DNA of 64,000 nt from Patescibacteria group bacterium (GTDB lineage: Bacteria; Patescibacteriota; Patescibacteriia; SG8-24; DYFX01): the NCBI GenBank assembly GCA_041659045.1, contig JBAZZB010000001.1:198111-262110 (forward strand), in the 5' to 3' direction. Positions 1 to 9,759 of the stretch are shown here, piece after piece. The notes below the pieces were generated by a model. The model was not told where the DNA came from and did not search any database. It saw only the letters and a program-made list of their open reading frames with translations. A program made the translations under genes and the position numbers. Numbering within the stretch: position 1 is the stretch's first letter; each line of letters begins with the position of its first letter.

Positions 1-28
1 TGCGCTTCTGCGCGACCGTCGATCAATT

Positions 29-1288
<1,260 letters not shown>

Positions 1289-1301
1289 GGGTTTTTTTGA
1301 G

Positions 1302-1328
1302 AAAAAATTCTCACGCATCGCGTGAGAA
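1302..1328 (-). terminator. Intrinsic terminator after the 102-aa ORF
   Basis: Stem TTCTCACGC/GCGTGAGAA (1308-1316/1320-1328) followed by a T-run on the minus strand. Confidence 0.65.
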
Positions 1329-1332
1329 GCAG

Positions 1333-1641
1333 TCAGTTCGCGAGTCGAAGTGTGTACAAGATGTAGCTCTCCTTGCCCTTGGCGCGATTCTTGTTGTCCA
1401 GGTGGACGAGGCGTCTCGTCTTTCTTGCGGCAAAGAGCGTCATGTCAGAACCGGACATATCGATGCTGGTACGCGTGCCTTTGGGACGATCAGCGACGCC
1501 GAAGTCCTTGCCAGCCGGCAAGGCTCTCGTTTTGACCTTGCTGGGCTTGGACGAATAGAGCACGAAGCGCACGAGCTTTTTCCCGACGGTTACCGCCAGG
1601 AACAGGTCTATTCCGGTCTCGTTTCTGATTCCGACCATCAC
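1333..1641 (-). CDS. Hypothetical basic protein (~102 aa)
   Basis: GTG/ATG start preceded by SD AAAGGAG, C/G-ending codons, fills the gap between genes, own terminator. No family recognised. Confidence 0.7.
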   Translation of the reverse strand: MMVGIRNETGIDLFLAVTVGKKLVRFVLYSSKPSKVKTRALPAGKDFGVADRPKGTRTSIDMSGSDMTLFAARKTRRLVHLDNKNRAKGKESYILYTLRLAN

Positions 1642-1693
1642 GGCAGGCTCCTTTCCTGGGGCTGCGGCTAGTATACGTCATGTCGCAAAAATG

Positions 1694-1720
1694 AAAAGCC
1701 GCCCGTTTCGAGCGGGCGGC
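1694..1720 (-). terminator. Intrinsic terminator after the GT4 gene
   Basis: Stem GCCGCCCG/CGGGCGGC (1698-1705/1713-1720) then TTTT on the minus strand. Confidence 0.65.
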
Positions 1721-1739
1721 CGTTGCAAGCCGTATCAAA

Positions 1740-2855
1740 CTAGTTGGTCATCGACGCGTAGAGCTCGGAATACTGCGCCGCAATCTTGTCCCAATCGAAC
1801 TTTGCCAGACGTCCCGTAGCAGTTTTCGAGAGATGTTCCGCGAAGGCGTGATTCGACAACACGCGCGTTATGGCTTCCGCAAGTGCTTTCGAATCGGAAG
1901 GGGGAACGAGCAATCCGCTCTGTTCGTGCTCGATCACGTCGGGGATGCCACCGACGTTTGTGCCGATGACGGGTACGCCGAGTGCTTGTGCCTCGAGCAA
2001 AACGATACCCAATCCTTCGCCCAAGGACGGCAAGATAAAGACGGCAGATTGCGCGACCTCGGTCATGGCTTCAAGGTTCGGCTTTGCGCCGAGGAAGTGA
2101 ACGATGTCTTGCAGGCCGAGTTCGGTTGTATGGGCTTTCAACGGTGCTTCAAGCGCGCCGCCGCCGACAAGAAAAAGTTCGGCATCGGCAATGGAGTGCC
2201 TCACGATCTTGATTGCCTCGATCAGAAACGGCAGGCCTTTTTCCGGCGAGAGACGCGCGACGGTCACGACGCGGTTCGTCTTTTTTTCATGCCTCGGTAC
2301 TTTGGCGAGGTGGCCGAAATCGACGCCGTTTGGAATCGTTGCGGTTTGCTTCGCACCAAGTTTGGCGGCGCGCATCGTGAGTGCTGTCGAAATACCGATA
2401 ACGTTGGTTGGCGACGTGTGAATATGCTTCCACACAAAACGCGGAATCTTTTTATTCTTCGCGGGCATATCCAAATCACCAGACTGCAATGTCAGCAGCG
2501 TCGGTTTTGTGCCACCAAAAACGCGATACCACCAAAGGGCGATGCCGGCGTAGGACTCCATCACGGCGTGCACGAGATCGTGCGGTTGTTTTAGCGACCA
2601 GAGCGGTGCCAGGAGGGGGAACAGGAATTTGTCCCATTTCTTGCCGAAGCCGAGACGCACAATCTCGTAGCTCGAACCGTCTTCGAATTTTTTTATCTCG
2701 CGCGCAGGCAACTTGGCATCGAGCTTGGCGGTGACGACGCGAATCGAAAAACGTCCAGCCAGGCGGCGGACGGTTTCAACGACCATCACTTCCGCTCCGG
2801 AGACGAACGGTTCGTAAAAAGCGGAGTAGAGGAGGACGTGTTTACGCGGCGTCAT
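1740..2855 (-). CDS. Glycosyltransferase family 4
   Basis: VARLSPEKG, FILPSLGEGLGIVLLEA, VIGTNVGGIPD (EX7E GT-B motif). Confidence 0.92.
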   Translation of the reverse strand: MTPRKHVLLYSAFYEPFVSGAEVMVVETVRRLAGRFSIRVVTAKLDAKLPAREIKKFEDGSSYEIVRLGFGKKWDKFLFPLLAPLWSLKQPHDLVHAVMESYAGIALWWYRVFGGTKPTLLTLQSGDLDMPAKNKKIPRFVWKHIHTSPTNVIGISTALTMRAAKLGAKQTATIPNGVDFGHLAKVPRHEKKTNRVVTVARLSPEKGLPFLIEAIKIVRHSIADAELFLVGGGALEAPLKAHTTELGLQDIVHFLGAKPNLEAMTEVAQSAVFILPSLGEGLGIVLLEAQALGVPVIGTNVGGIPDVIEHEQSGLLVPPSDSKALAEAITRVLSNHAFAEHLSKTATGRLAKFDWDKIAAQYSELYASMTN

Positions 2856-3816
2856 GCTTCGTTTTCATGTACTCGTAGGTTTCGCGCAAACCGGCTTCAA
2901 GCGGCGTTTCCGCTTTGCAGCCGATCAACTCATGCATCATTGTGACGTCAGGCGTGCGATATTTGATTTCCATCTTGCGCACAGGCAAGTATTCGATCTT
3001 CAGGTCTTTTCCAGAAATCGAAGCGACACGTTCCGCCAGTTCTTGGATCGTTGTCGGTGAACCTTTGCCGACGTTAATCGTTTCGCCGTTCGTCGAATCC
3101 TTGAGCATCGCCGTTAGGATCGTGTTGATGTTGTCCTTGTAGAAGACAAAGTCGCGTGTGGCCGAGCCGTCACCAAAAATTTGGAGTGCTTCTCCTTTGA
3201 GAGCCCGGTCGAGGAAGATGCTGACGACAAAGCCGTATGGCGAGCTCTCTTGGCGCGGGCCGTAGACGTTGAAGAAGCGTAATGCGACCGTTTTTAAGTC
3301 GTACTGATGGAAATAGTGATAGGTCAGGTTTTCGCCAAGCATCTTTACGATGCTGTACGGGTCGCGTGGACTCGGATTCACCGGGCCATGCTCGCGCGTC
3401 GGCAGCACGACCGGTTCCCCGTAGACTTCAGAAGAAGACGAATAGAGGATTTTTTTGACCTTGCGATCTTTGCAGAACTCGAAGATCGCGCGAATGCCGT
3501 CGATGTCTTTCAAGACGTCGAGGGGGCGCTCTTCGACGCGCTTCACGCCGCAGAAGGCGCCGAGATGAAACACGTACTCGGGTTTATGCGCATCAAAGAC
3601 GCGATCGAGTGTTTCCCAATCGTTGGCGTTGCCGTGCGTAAACGTAAACGCCGGGTTGCCTTCGTGCTGTGAGAGGTTTTCGCGCTTGCCTGTTGAGAGA
3701 TCGTCAAGAACAACGACGCGTGCGCCGAGTTCAAGTAATCGATCGGTCAGGTGGGATCCGATGAATCCAGCGCCGCCCGTGACCAGAATGCTGGCTCCTT
3801 TATACGCTTCAAACAT
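2842..3816 (-). CDS. NAD-dependent nucleotide-sugar epimerase/dehydratase (extended SDR)
   Basis: VTGGAGFIGSHL, SSSEVYG, YSIVK (YxxxK), RFFNVYGPRQ. Confidence 0.92.
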   Translation of the reverse strand: MFEAYKGASILVTGGAGFIGSHLTDRLLELGARVVVLDDLSTGKRENLSQHEGNPAFTFTHGNANDWETLDRVFDAHKPEYVFHLGAFCGVKRVEERPLDVLKDIDGIRAIFEFCKDRKVKKILYSSSSEVYGEPVVLPTREHGPVNPSPRDPYSIVKMLGENLTYHYFHQYDLKTVALRFFNVYGPRQESSPYGFVVSIFLDRALKGEALQIFGDGSATRDFVFYKDNINTILTAMLKDSTNGETINVGKGSPTTIQELAERVASISGKDLKIEYLPVRKMEIKYRTPDVTMMHELIGCKAETPLEAGLRETYEYMKTKHDAA

Positions 3817-3898
3817 ATGGCGTTAGTCTAGCCGAGGCACTCGATTTTTACCAGTAGCCACAGAGTGAAATAAAAAATCCCCCGTTCGCTCAAGGGTC

Positions 3899-4333
3899 TC
3901 AGATACCCTTGTCTTTCGGGGGTGGGGGAGAGGGGTTCGGCGGCGGCGCGCCTTCGGTGGCAGGCTTCACGATCGGAGCCTCCTTGGGGATGTCGACCTT
4001 CACGCCGTCGAACACGTTGCGGTCGAGCTTCTTTCCGACGTCCGTCGCGGCATCCTCGGCAGCCTTCTTCTGGGCGTCGCGTCCGCCCGGAGCCGCCTTC
4101 TTGATGGCGTCTCGGACTTCCTTGGTGGCGCCGCCCTTGTCGTCGCCAGTGGCCTTCTCGGCGCGCTTCGCCTTGTCGGCGTTGTCGCGCTTGATGCGGT
4201 GTGCCTCGCGGCTGCTGGTTCCCTTGGGGATCGGCTGTTCCTTCGGCTTGACGGTGACGACGACTTCCTCAGGCTTGATCGGCAGCTTCTCCTGTTCGCG
4301 AGGATCGCCGCCACTCTTTTTGTCATCGGACAT
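3899..4333 (-). CDS. Hypothetical Lys/Pro/Asp-rich, probably disordered protein (144 aa)
   Basis: ATG at 4333 with SD AAGGAG upstream; strongly biased codons (AAG, GAG, GAC). Confidence 0.75.
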   Translation of the reverse strand: MSDDKKSGGDPREQEKLPIKPEEVVVTVKPKEQPIPKGTSSREAHRIKRDNADKAKRAEKATGDDKGGATKEVRDAIKKAAPGGRDAQKKAAEDAATDVGKKLDRNVFDGVKVDIPKEAPIVKPATEGAPPPNPSPPPPKDKGI

Positions 4334-4367
4334 GGCACGACTCCTTGTATGAGGCCATGAACGCGAA

Positions 4368-4401
4368 CAGCTTGACATTTCAAGGGAAAAGTGTAAAGCT
4401 G
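4368..4401. promoter_or_regulatory. Symmetric bidirectional sigma70-type promoter
   Basis: Plus strand TTGACA(4372)-N17-AAAGCT; minus strand TTTACA-N17-CAAGCT; both have an extended -10 TGn. Together they form a 13-bp inverted repeat with 2 mismatches. Confidence 0.6.
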
Positions 4402-4450
4402 CGGCAGTATCTGGTTCGCTACAAACAGATCGAATGAGGGGAAAGCGACA

Positions 4451-4912
4451 ATGAAACGCGCCAAGGTTTTGATCAATCCACGCGAGCTTCGGAAGTCTGT
4501 GCACCTGGGGGCAACGCTCATCACGAGCGGTCCGCAACACATCCCTGCACTGCCATCGACGCCGTCAGAACTGGTCGTCGAGGTGAAGCGCATCACCTTC
4601 CACGAACAGCCGGATGAGCAGGCCGCGATCGTCCGTCAGCTCCTCCGCTTGGAGCGGAACGGCAAGACCGCGATCATCGCGATGACCAAGAACGCGAAGG
4701 TGCGCGAGTGCTACGACCAGAGCCTCCTCTGGTGGGGCTGGACACTCGTCGCGAGGGGCGACGTCTTCACTGTTCAGATGGTGGTCTTCCCGAAGCCTGC
4801 CCGGACCGATCTCGTGGGGGAGGTCGATCAAGGCAGCGTCTACGAGGTTTCCACCAGCAAGATCACGCCGTGGGACGGCAAGATCCATCTGGACGACCGC
4901 GTCGCCGCCTGA
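4451..4912 (+). CDS. Hypothetical protein (153 aa)
   Basis: ATG with GAGG upstream, C/G-ending codon bias, followed by a hairpin and T-run. Confidence 0.75.
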   Translation: MKRAKVLINPRELRKSVHLGATLITSGPQHIPALPSTPSELVVEVKRITFHEQPDEQAAIVRQLLRLERNGKTAIIAMTKNAKVRECYDQSLLWWGWTLVARGDVFTVQMVVFPKPARTDLVGEVDQGSVYEVSTSKITPWDGKIHLDDRVAA

Positions 4913-4923
4913 ACATCGCTCAG

Positions 4924-4947
4924 AAGGACCCGTACGGGCCCTTTTTC
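4924..4947 (+). terminator. Intrinsic terminator
   Basis: AAGGACCCGTACGGGCCCTTTTT: imperfect stem plus T-run. Confidence 0.5.
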
Positions 4948-4991
4948 ATTTGCTTGAAAAATAGGCGTCAAACGGGTAGGCTAGGCCTACC

Positions 4992-6386
4992 ATGGCACTC
5001 GATCTCGGACACGTGCATCGTATTCATTGTGTCGGTATTGGCGGCATCGGCGTTTCTGCCGCCGCTAAGTTTTTGCGTTTACAAGGAAAGGACGTGAGCG
5101 GTTCCGATACGACGCGTTCCGTCGTGACGGCTGATGCTGAGCGCGCCGGTGTGCGCGTGGTGGAGCCACTTGCCGAGAACATCACCCCAGACATCGATCT
5201 CCTCATCTATACGTCCGCCGCGCCGGAGACGCAGCTTGAACGCCAAGCGGCGGCTGCCTTCGGTATCCCGCAGTTCAGTTATTTCGAATTCCTCGGATTG
5301 TTGTCCGAGGGGTACAAAACAATTGCGATCTCCGGCACGAATGGAAAATCGACGACAACCGCGATGCTTGCGCTCATGCTTGAGAAAGCGGGCCTGGACC
5401 CGACCGTCATTGTCGGAAGTCGCGTGCCGAGTTTCGAATACGGAAACCTCCGCGTTGGAAAAAGCAATCTTTTTGTCGTTGAAGCTTGCGAATATCGCGA
5501 GCAGTTCATGAGTCTCTCTCCTTCGATGGTCGTGGTCACAAAAATCGTTGAAGATCACCTCGACTATTACCGCGATCTCGCGCATATCCAAGAAACCTTC
5601 AAGGCGTTTGCCGCGAAGGTACCAGCAGAAGGATCGCTTATTTGGAATGCGGATGACGCGGCGAGCCGCGAGACATTCAGCGGTTTCGAGCAATCAAACG
5701 GAACATTCGGTTTTTCAAAAGAGGCAGAGGTGCGCGCCGAACAGCATGAAACCGCCGAGGGTGTTCAGCGGTTTGATGCTGTCTTTAAGGACGGTGTCGT
5801 TTGGCACGGTTTGGAGATGCATGTTCCAGGGGCATTCAACGTCTTAAACGCGCTTGCGGCGATCGCTGCGGCGCGTTCGCTTGGAGCGAGCGAGGTGGCC
5901 GTGCGCGAGGCGCTGGCTTCCTTTGCCGGTATTTGGCGTCGCTTTGAAAAAGTTGGCGAGCGATATGGTGCGCCTGTTATTTCAGACTATGGACACACGC
6001 CCGACGCGATCGAAGCGACGCTGAAAGCTGCGAAAGAGTTTTTCCCAGGGAAGAAACTGATCGTTGCCTTTCAACCGCACCATCACGACCGCACGCGCAA
6101 ACTCTTCGATGCCTTCATTCCAGCCTTTGATGCCGCAGACACGCTCGTCCTTTCCGAGATCTACGGCGTCGAGGGACGCAAGGAGGGTGAGAGCGAGATC
6201 TCCTCGCGGCAACTGGTGGAAGCGGTCGAAGCGCGCGGGAAGGTGTCAGCCGTCAGCTACGCCGCCACGCCCGACGAAGCTCTGCGTCAACTCGAGGCGC
6301 TTGATACGGAAAATGCTATGATGCTCATTATGGGCGCAGGCGACATCTATTCCATCGCGTATCCACTATGCAGAACATCCCGATGA
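4992..6386 (+). CDS. murC: UDP-N-acetylmuramate--L-alanine ligase
   Basis: HCVGIGGIGVS, GTNGKSTTT, VVEACEY, EDHLDYY, DYGHTP, FQPHHHDRT, MGAGDI. Confidence 0.95.
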   Translation: MALDLGHVHRIHCVGIGGIGVSAAAKFLRLQGKDVSGSDTTRSVVTADAERAGVRVVEPLAENITPDIDLLIYTSAAPETQLERQAAAAFGIPQFSYFEFLGLLSEGYKTIAISGTNGKSTTTAMLALMLEKAGLDPTVIVGSRVPSFEYGNLRVGKSNLFVVEACEYREQFMSLSPSMVVVTKIVEDHLDYYRDLAHIQETFKAFAAKVPAEGSLIWNADDAASRETFSGFEQSNGTFGFSKEAEVRAEQHETAEGVQRFDAVFKDGVVWHGLEMHVPGAFNVLNALAAIAAARSLGASEVAVREALASFAGIWRRFEKVGERYGAPVISDYGHTPDAIEATLKAAKEFFPGKKLIVAFQPHHHDRTRKLFDAFIPAFDAADTLVLSEIYGVEGRKEGESEISSRQLVEAVEARGKVSAVSYAATPDEALRQLEALDTENAMMLIMGAGDIYSIAYPLCRTSR

Positions 6387-8578
6387 AACCGCTCGATTCG
6401 TTCCTCTTGAAGCTCGTTCGCTACGGCTTGTTCGCGGTGTTCGCGATCCCGTTTCTTGTTTGGCTGAGCCACCTCTATCCGTGGGTGACTGGCAAGATCT
6501 TGAGTTTTGAAATTATCGTCGCACTGCTCTTCCCGTGCTACGTTCTGCTCGCCTTTCGTCGCAAAGAATTCCGTCCTTCCAAGTCGCCATTCCTCTACGC
6601 GATGCTCGCGTATTTTGCGATCGCGACGCTCTCGATGCTCTTGGGGGATAACGTGAACCGTAGTTTCTGGTCAAAGCCTGACCGTTTGACGGGCTTGTTC
6701 TTCCAATACCATCTCCTCGCCTTTTTCCTGATGGCGGGCGCGACCTGGCGTAAGGTTGTCGTGCAACCTGTGATTGCGGCGACGATTTCAGCAATCATTC
6801 TCTCACTCCACGCGCTCATCCAGGTTGCGCTCCCGGCTGCTGGTGCTGTTGACGTGCGCGGATCCGCGACGCTCGGCAACGCCAGCTATCTCGGGCAGTA
6901 TCTCGTGCCGCACCTGTTCCTCGCGGCGTGGTTGGTGCTCCGTTATTGGAAAACATCGATGCGCTGGCTCTGGCTTGCTGCCGGTGCGGTGGTGATGTTC
7001 GGCATCATCAGCACGAAATCCAAAGGCGCACTCTTGGGTGTGCTGCTTGGCGTGCTCGTCGCCTCACTCATCGCGGCGGTACGCGGTGGTAAACGCGCTC
7101 GGAAATTCAGCTTGATCGGGCTCGGACTCGTCGCCTTGGCCGTTGTCGCCTACCTGATCGGTAACCAGGTGTATCCGTTCAAACGCTGGTTGTACGATGG
7201 ACGCTTGTCGATTCAGTATTTCCAAGAAACGAGCAACTCTCGTAAACTGCTGATCGAAAACGCCATCAAGGGTATTTCGCAGCGCCCGCTTCTCGGTTGG
7301 GGCCCTGAAAACTTTGAGAGCGGCTACTACTACAACTACAATCCGAAGACGCTGGTTTTCGGCGAGTACGAAACGCGCCAGGACCGTCCGCATAACCTCG
7401 TCCTGGAGATGCTGCATAACCTTGGCGTAATCGGCTTCCTGGCCTACGCGGCGGTGTTTGCGTTCGCGGTGCGCTTGGCTGTTTCCAAAAAGCGTGAGGA
7501 TTGGGTGCTTGGTGGTGGCTTGGCTGTCGCTGCCTTCTCACAAGTCGGCACGAACCTTTTCATTTTTGAGACGCCGATGTCGTACTTGGCGCTCTTCTTC
7601 ATGTTCTCCTTGGTTGCGGCCGATGCGGCCTCGCACGAGGAGCGCGAAGAGGGCTCTGATGAATCGACGCAAGCCGCGGTACCGCTCGCGCTTATCGTTG
7701 GCGTGCTGAGTATCTGGTGCCTGTACACAGTTTCAACGACGATCCGCGCCGCGAAGATTACGGCACAGATGATCATGGCCTTGTCCCAACAAGGTCGTTC
7801 GGCCGAAGAGTGGAACGGCATGCTTACGGAATTGCGTAAAAATGAATCTCCGTTTTACGAACGCCATATTCGCGCTACGACGTCGCATCTGAGCCAAGCG
7901 CGCGGCGAATATCTTGATGGTCCGTATCTTCCGATTTTGATCGATCTGGCCGACGATGAATATCGGCGCTTCAAAAATCGCAATGACTACGTTCAAGCGC
8001 TCGTCATCTCATCAGCGTACCTGAGTTTCGGGCCGCGTACGCCTGAACAACAGGCTGCGCTCGAAGATGCCGCCGCCCGCGCGGCCGAACGTTCGCCGAA
8101 TCGGCACGAAGTCGAAATCATTCTGGCGCAAATCGCCTGGGAAAAGAATCAGCTCGATGAGGCGGAAAAACATATCGTCCGTTTCCGCGACCTTGATCCG
8201 GGAAACATCCTTGGCGATGCTTGGTGGGTGCGCTGGCAGCTAGAGTTCCGTGACCCTGTCGTAGCAGCCACGTATTTGGCGCAGAAACCGGAAATGAAGA
8301 ACAACCAAGACGCTTGGGATCAAGTCGAATACGGCACGTTGCATCTGCTCAACCAGCGCCGTTGGAAGGATCTCGTTGCCTTGCAGAAAGCTTCCGTTGA
8401 AGCGAAGTCTCGCAACGTCCAATGGGACCTTGTCGGCGCGATTGGTGCATGGGCGCTCGGTGACAAAGCAAAAAGCGATATGATTATCAGCGAGGCGCGC
8501 GCTCTCTATCCAGAGAAACTTGATTTGGTGGAAGCGATCGCCGGCCAGCGCGAAAGTATCGTTACGAACGGCGGCTAA
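6383..8578 (+). CDS. O-antigen ligase/O-oligosaccharyltransferase-like membrane protein with a C-terminal helical (TPR-like) domain
   Basis: About 12 TM segments; RGSATLGNASYLG, RPLLGWGPENF, DRPHNLVLEML (Wzy_C loop); ATGA overlap with the murC stop. Confidence 0.85.
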   Translation: MKPLDSFLLKLVRYGLFAVFAIPFLVWLSHLYPWVTGKILSFEIIVALLFPCYVLLAFRRKEFRPSKSPFLYAMLAYFAIATLSMLLGDNVNRSFWSKPDRLTGLFFQYHLLAFFLMAGATWRKVVVQPVIAATISAIILSLHALIQVALPAAGAVDVRGSATLGNASYLGQYLVPHLFLAAWLVLRYWKTSMRWLWLAAGAVVMFGIISTKSKGALLGVLLGVLVASLIAAVRGGKRARKFSLIGLGLVALAVVAYLIGNQVYPFKRWLYDGRLSIQYFQETSNSRKLLIENAIKGISQRPLLGWGPENFESGYYYNYNPKTLVFGEYETRQDRPHNLVLEMLHNLGVIGFLAYAAVFAFAVRLAVSKKREDWVLGGGLAVAAFSQVGTNLFIFETPMSYLALFFMFSLVAADAASHEEREEGSDESTQAAVPLALIVGVLSIWCLYTVSTTIRAAKITAQMIMALSQQGRSAEEWNGMLTELRKNESPFYERHIRATTSHLSQARGEYLDGPYLPILIDLADDEYRRFKNRNDYVQALVISSAYLSFGPRTPEQQAALEDAAARAAERSPNRHEVEIILAQIAWEKNQLDEAEKHIVRFRDLDPGNILGDAWWVRWQLEFRDPVVAATYLAQKPEMKNNQDAWDQVEYGTLHLLNQRRWKDLVALQKASVEAKSRNVQWDLVGAIGAWALGDKAKSDMIISEARALYPEKLDLVEAIAGQRESIVTNGG

Positions 8579-9719
8579 GCGAACGGTAGAGCGCCAAAAC
8601 GCTTTCTGTCATCACGGTTCCGGAGCGGCGTTCCGCAATGCGCGGGGCGCCGCTTTTGAGTTCTTGGTAGAGCGTGCGATCTGACAAAACGTCGCGAATG
8701 GCACGGCGAAGCGCTTCGCGGTCTCCAGGTTCTACAAGAATTCCCGTCTGACGATCGTTGATCAGTTCCGGCAAGGCGCCGACACGCGTAGCAATGATGG
8801 GGAGTTCTGCTAGCGAGGCTTCAAGAATCGTCCACGGCATTCCTTCTTTCGTGGAGGGGAGCACGAAGATGTCAAAGCCTTTCAAAAGCGTCGCGGCGTC
8901 TTTGATAGCTCCAGGCAGGTGCACGCGGTCCTTGTGTGGGAGCGCCGCATGAAGTGTTCGCAAGCGCGGCATCTCGGGGCCGTCGCCCAGAATGACAAGG
9001 TCGAGGTTCGTGAACTCTGCGGCCACGCCTTCGAAGGCCTCGAAAAGCATCGGTAAATTTTTTGCGGGATAGGCGTTGGCAATCGTGCCGAGTACCAAGT
9101 GTCCGAGACGCGTACCGCACAATTCCGCGAGTCGTGCGTGGGCGGCGTCATGCTCCAAGAAATCAACTTCGTCTCGATCGATGCCGAGAGGGATAACAGC
9201 CAGATTCTCTCTCGTCGCCAGTTTGTTGCGCAGAGCGACGTCCCGCTCCATGTCTGAAAGCGTGATCGTGGCGGTTCTTAAACGAGCGGCAATCTTTTCG
9301 CTGAGGAGAAGTGTCAGACGAAAAAGCGCGGAGCGGCGTTCGAGGAAACCCCAGCCGTGCGCCGTGTAGACGACGCGTGGTCGGTGCTTCGATCGCCACG
9401 CAGCGATAGCGCCAAGAAGCCCGGCCTTGCTGCTGTTGGTATGAAGAATGTCATACCCTTCACGATCGATGAGGCGACGCAGAGTACGTACGGCGAACAA
9501 GTCGCTGATGGGGGAGATGGGTTGCCGCAGCTCTGGAATCTCGATCGTGCGGATTGTTGATGGCAACGAGGAAAACAACTCGCTTTTTGGTGAATGACCG
9601 GCCGCAACCGTCACGTCAAACTCCGCCGAGGCCGCTCGGGCGAGGCGAGAAACATAGCGCTCGGCACCTCCCCACGCAGAGGAAGTCACGAGAAAAAGAA
9701 GTTTTTGGCGGGTCGACAT
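8562..9719 (-). CDS. Glycosyltransferase family 4
   Basis: WGGAERYV, HTNSSKAG, FVLPSTKEGMPWTILEA. Confidence 0.92.
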   Translation of the reverse strand: MSTRQKLLFLVTSSAWGGAERYVSRLARAASAEFDVTVAAGHSPKSELFSSLPSTIRTIEIPELRQPISPISDLFAVRTLRRLIDREGYDILHTNSSKAGLLGAIAAWRSKHRPRVVYTAHGWGFLERRSALFRLTLLLSEKIAARLRTATITLSDMERDVALRNKLATRENLAVIPLGIDRDEVDFLEHDAAHARLAELCGTRLGHLVLGTIANAYPAKNLPMLFEAFEGVAAEFTNLDLVILGDGPEMPRLRTLHAALPHKDRVHLPGAIKDAATLLKGFDIFVLPSTKEGMPWTILEASLAELPIIATRVGALPELINDRQTGILVEPGDREALRRAIRDVLSDRTLYQELKSGAPRIAERRSGTVMTESVLALYRSLSRRS

Positions 9720-9759
9720 GATTGACGCTTAAAAAGCAGGATAGGTACACTATACACGC

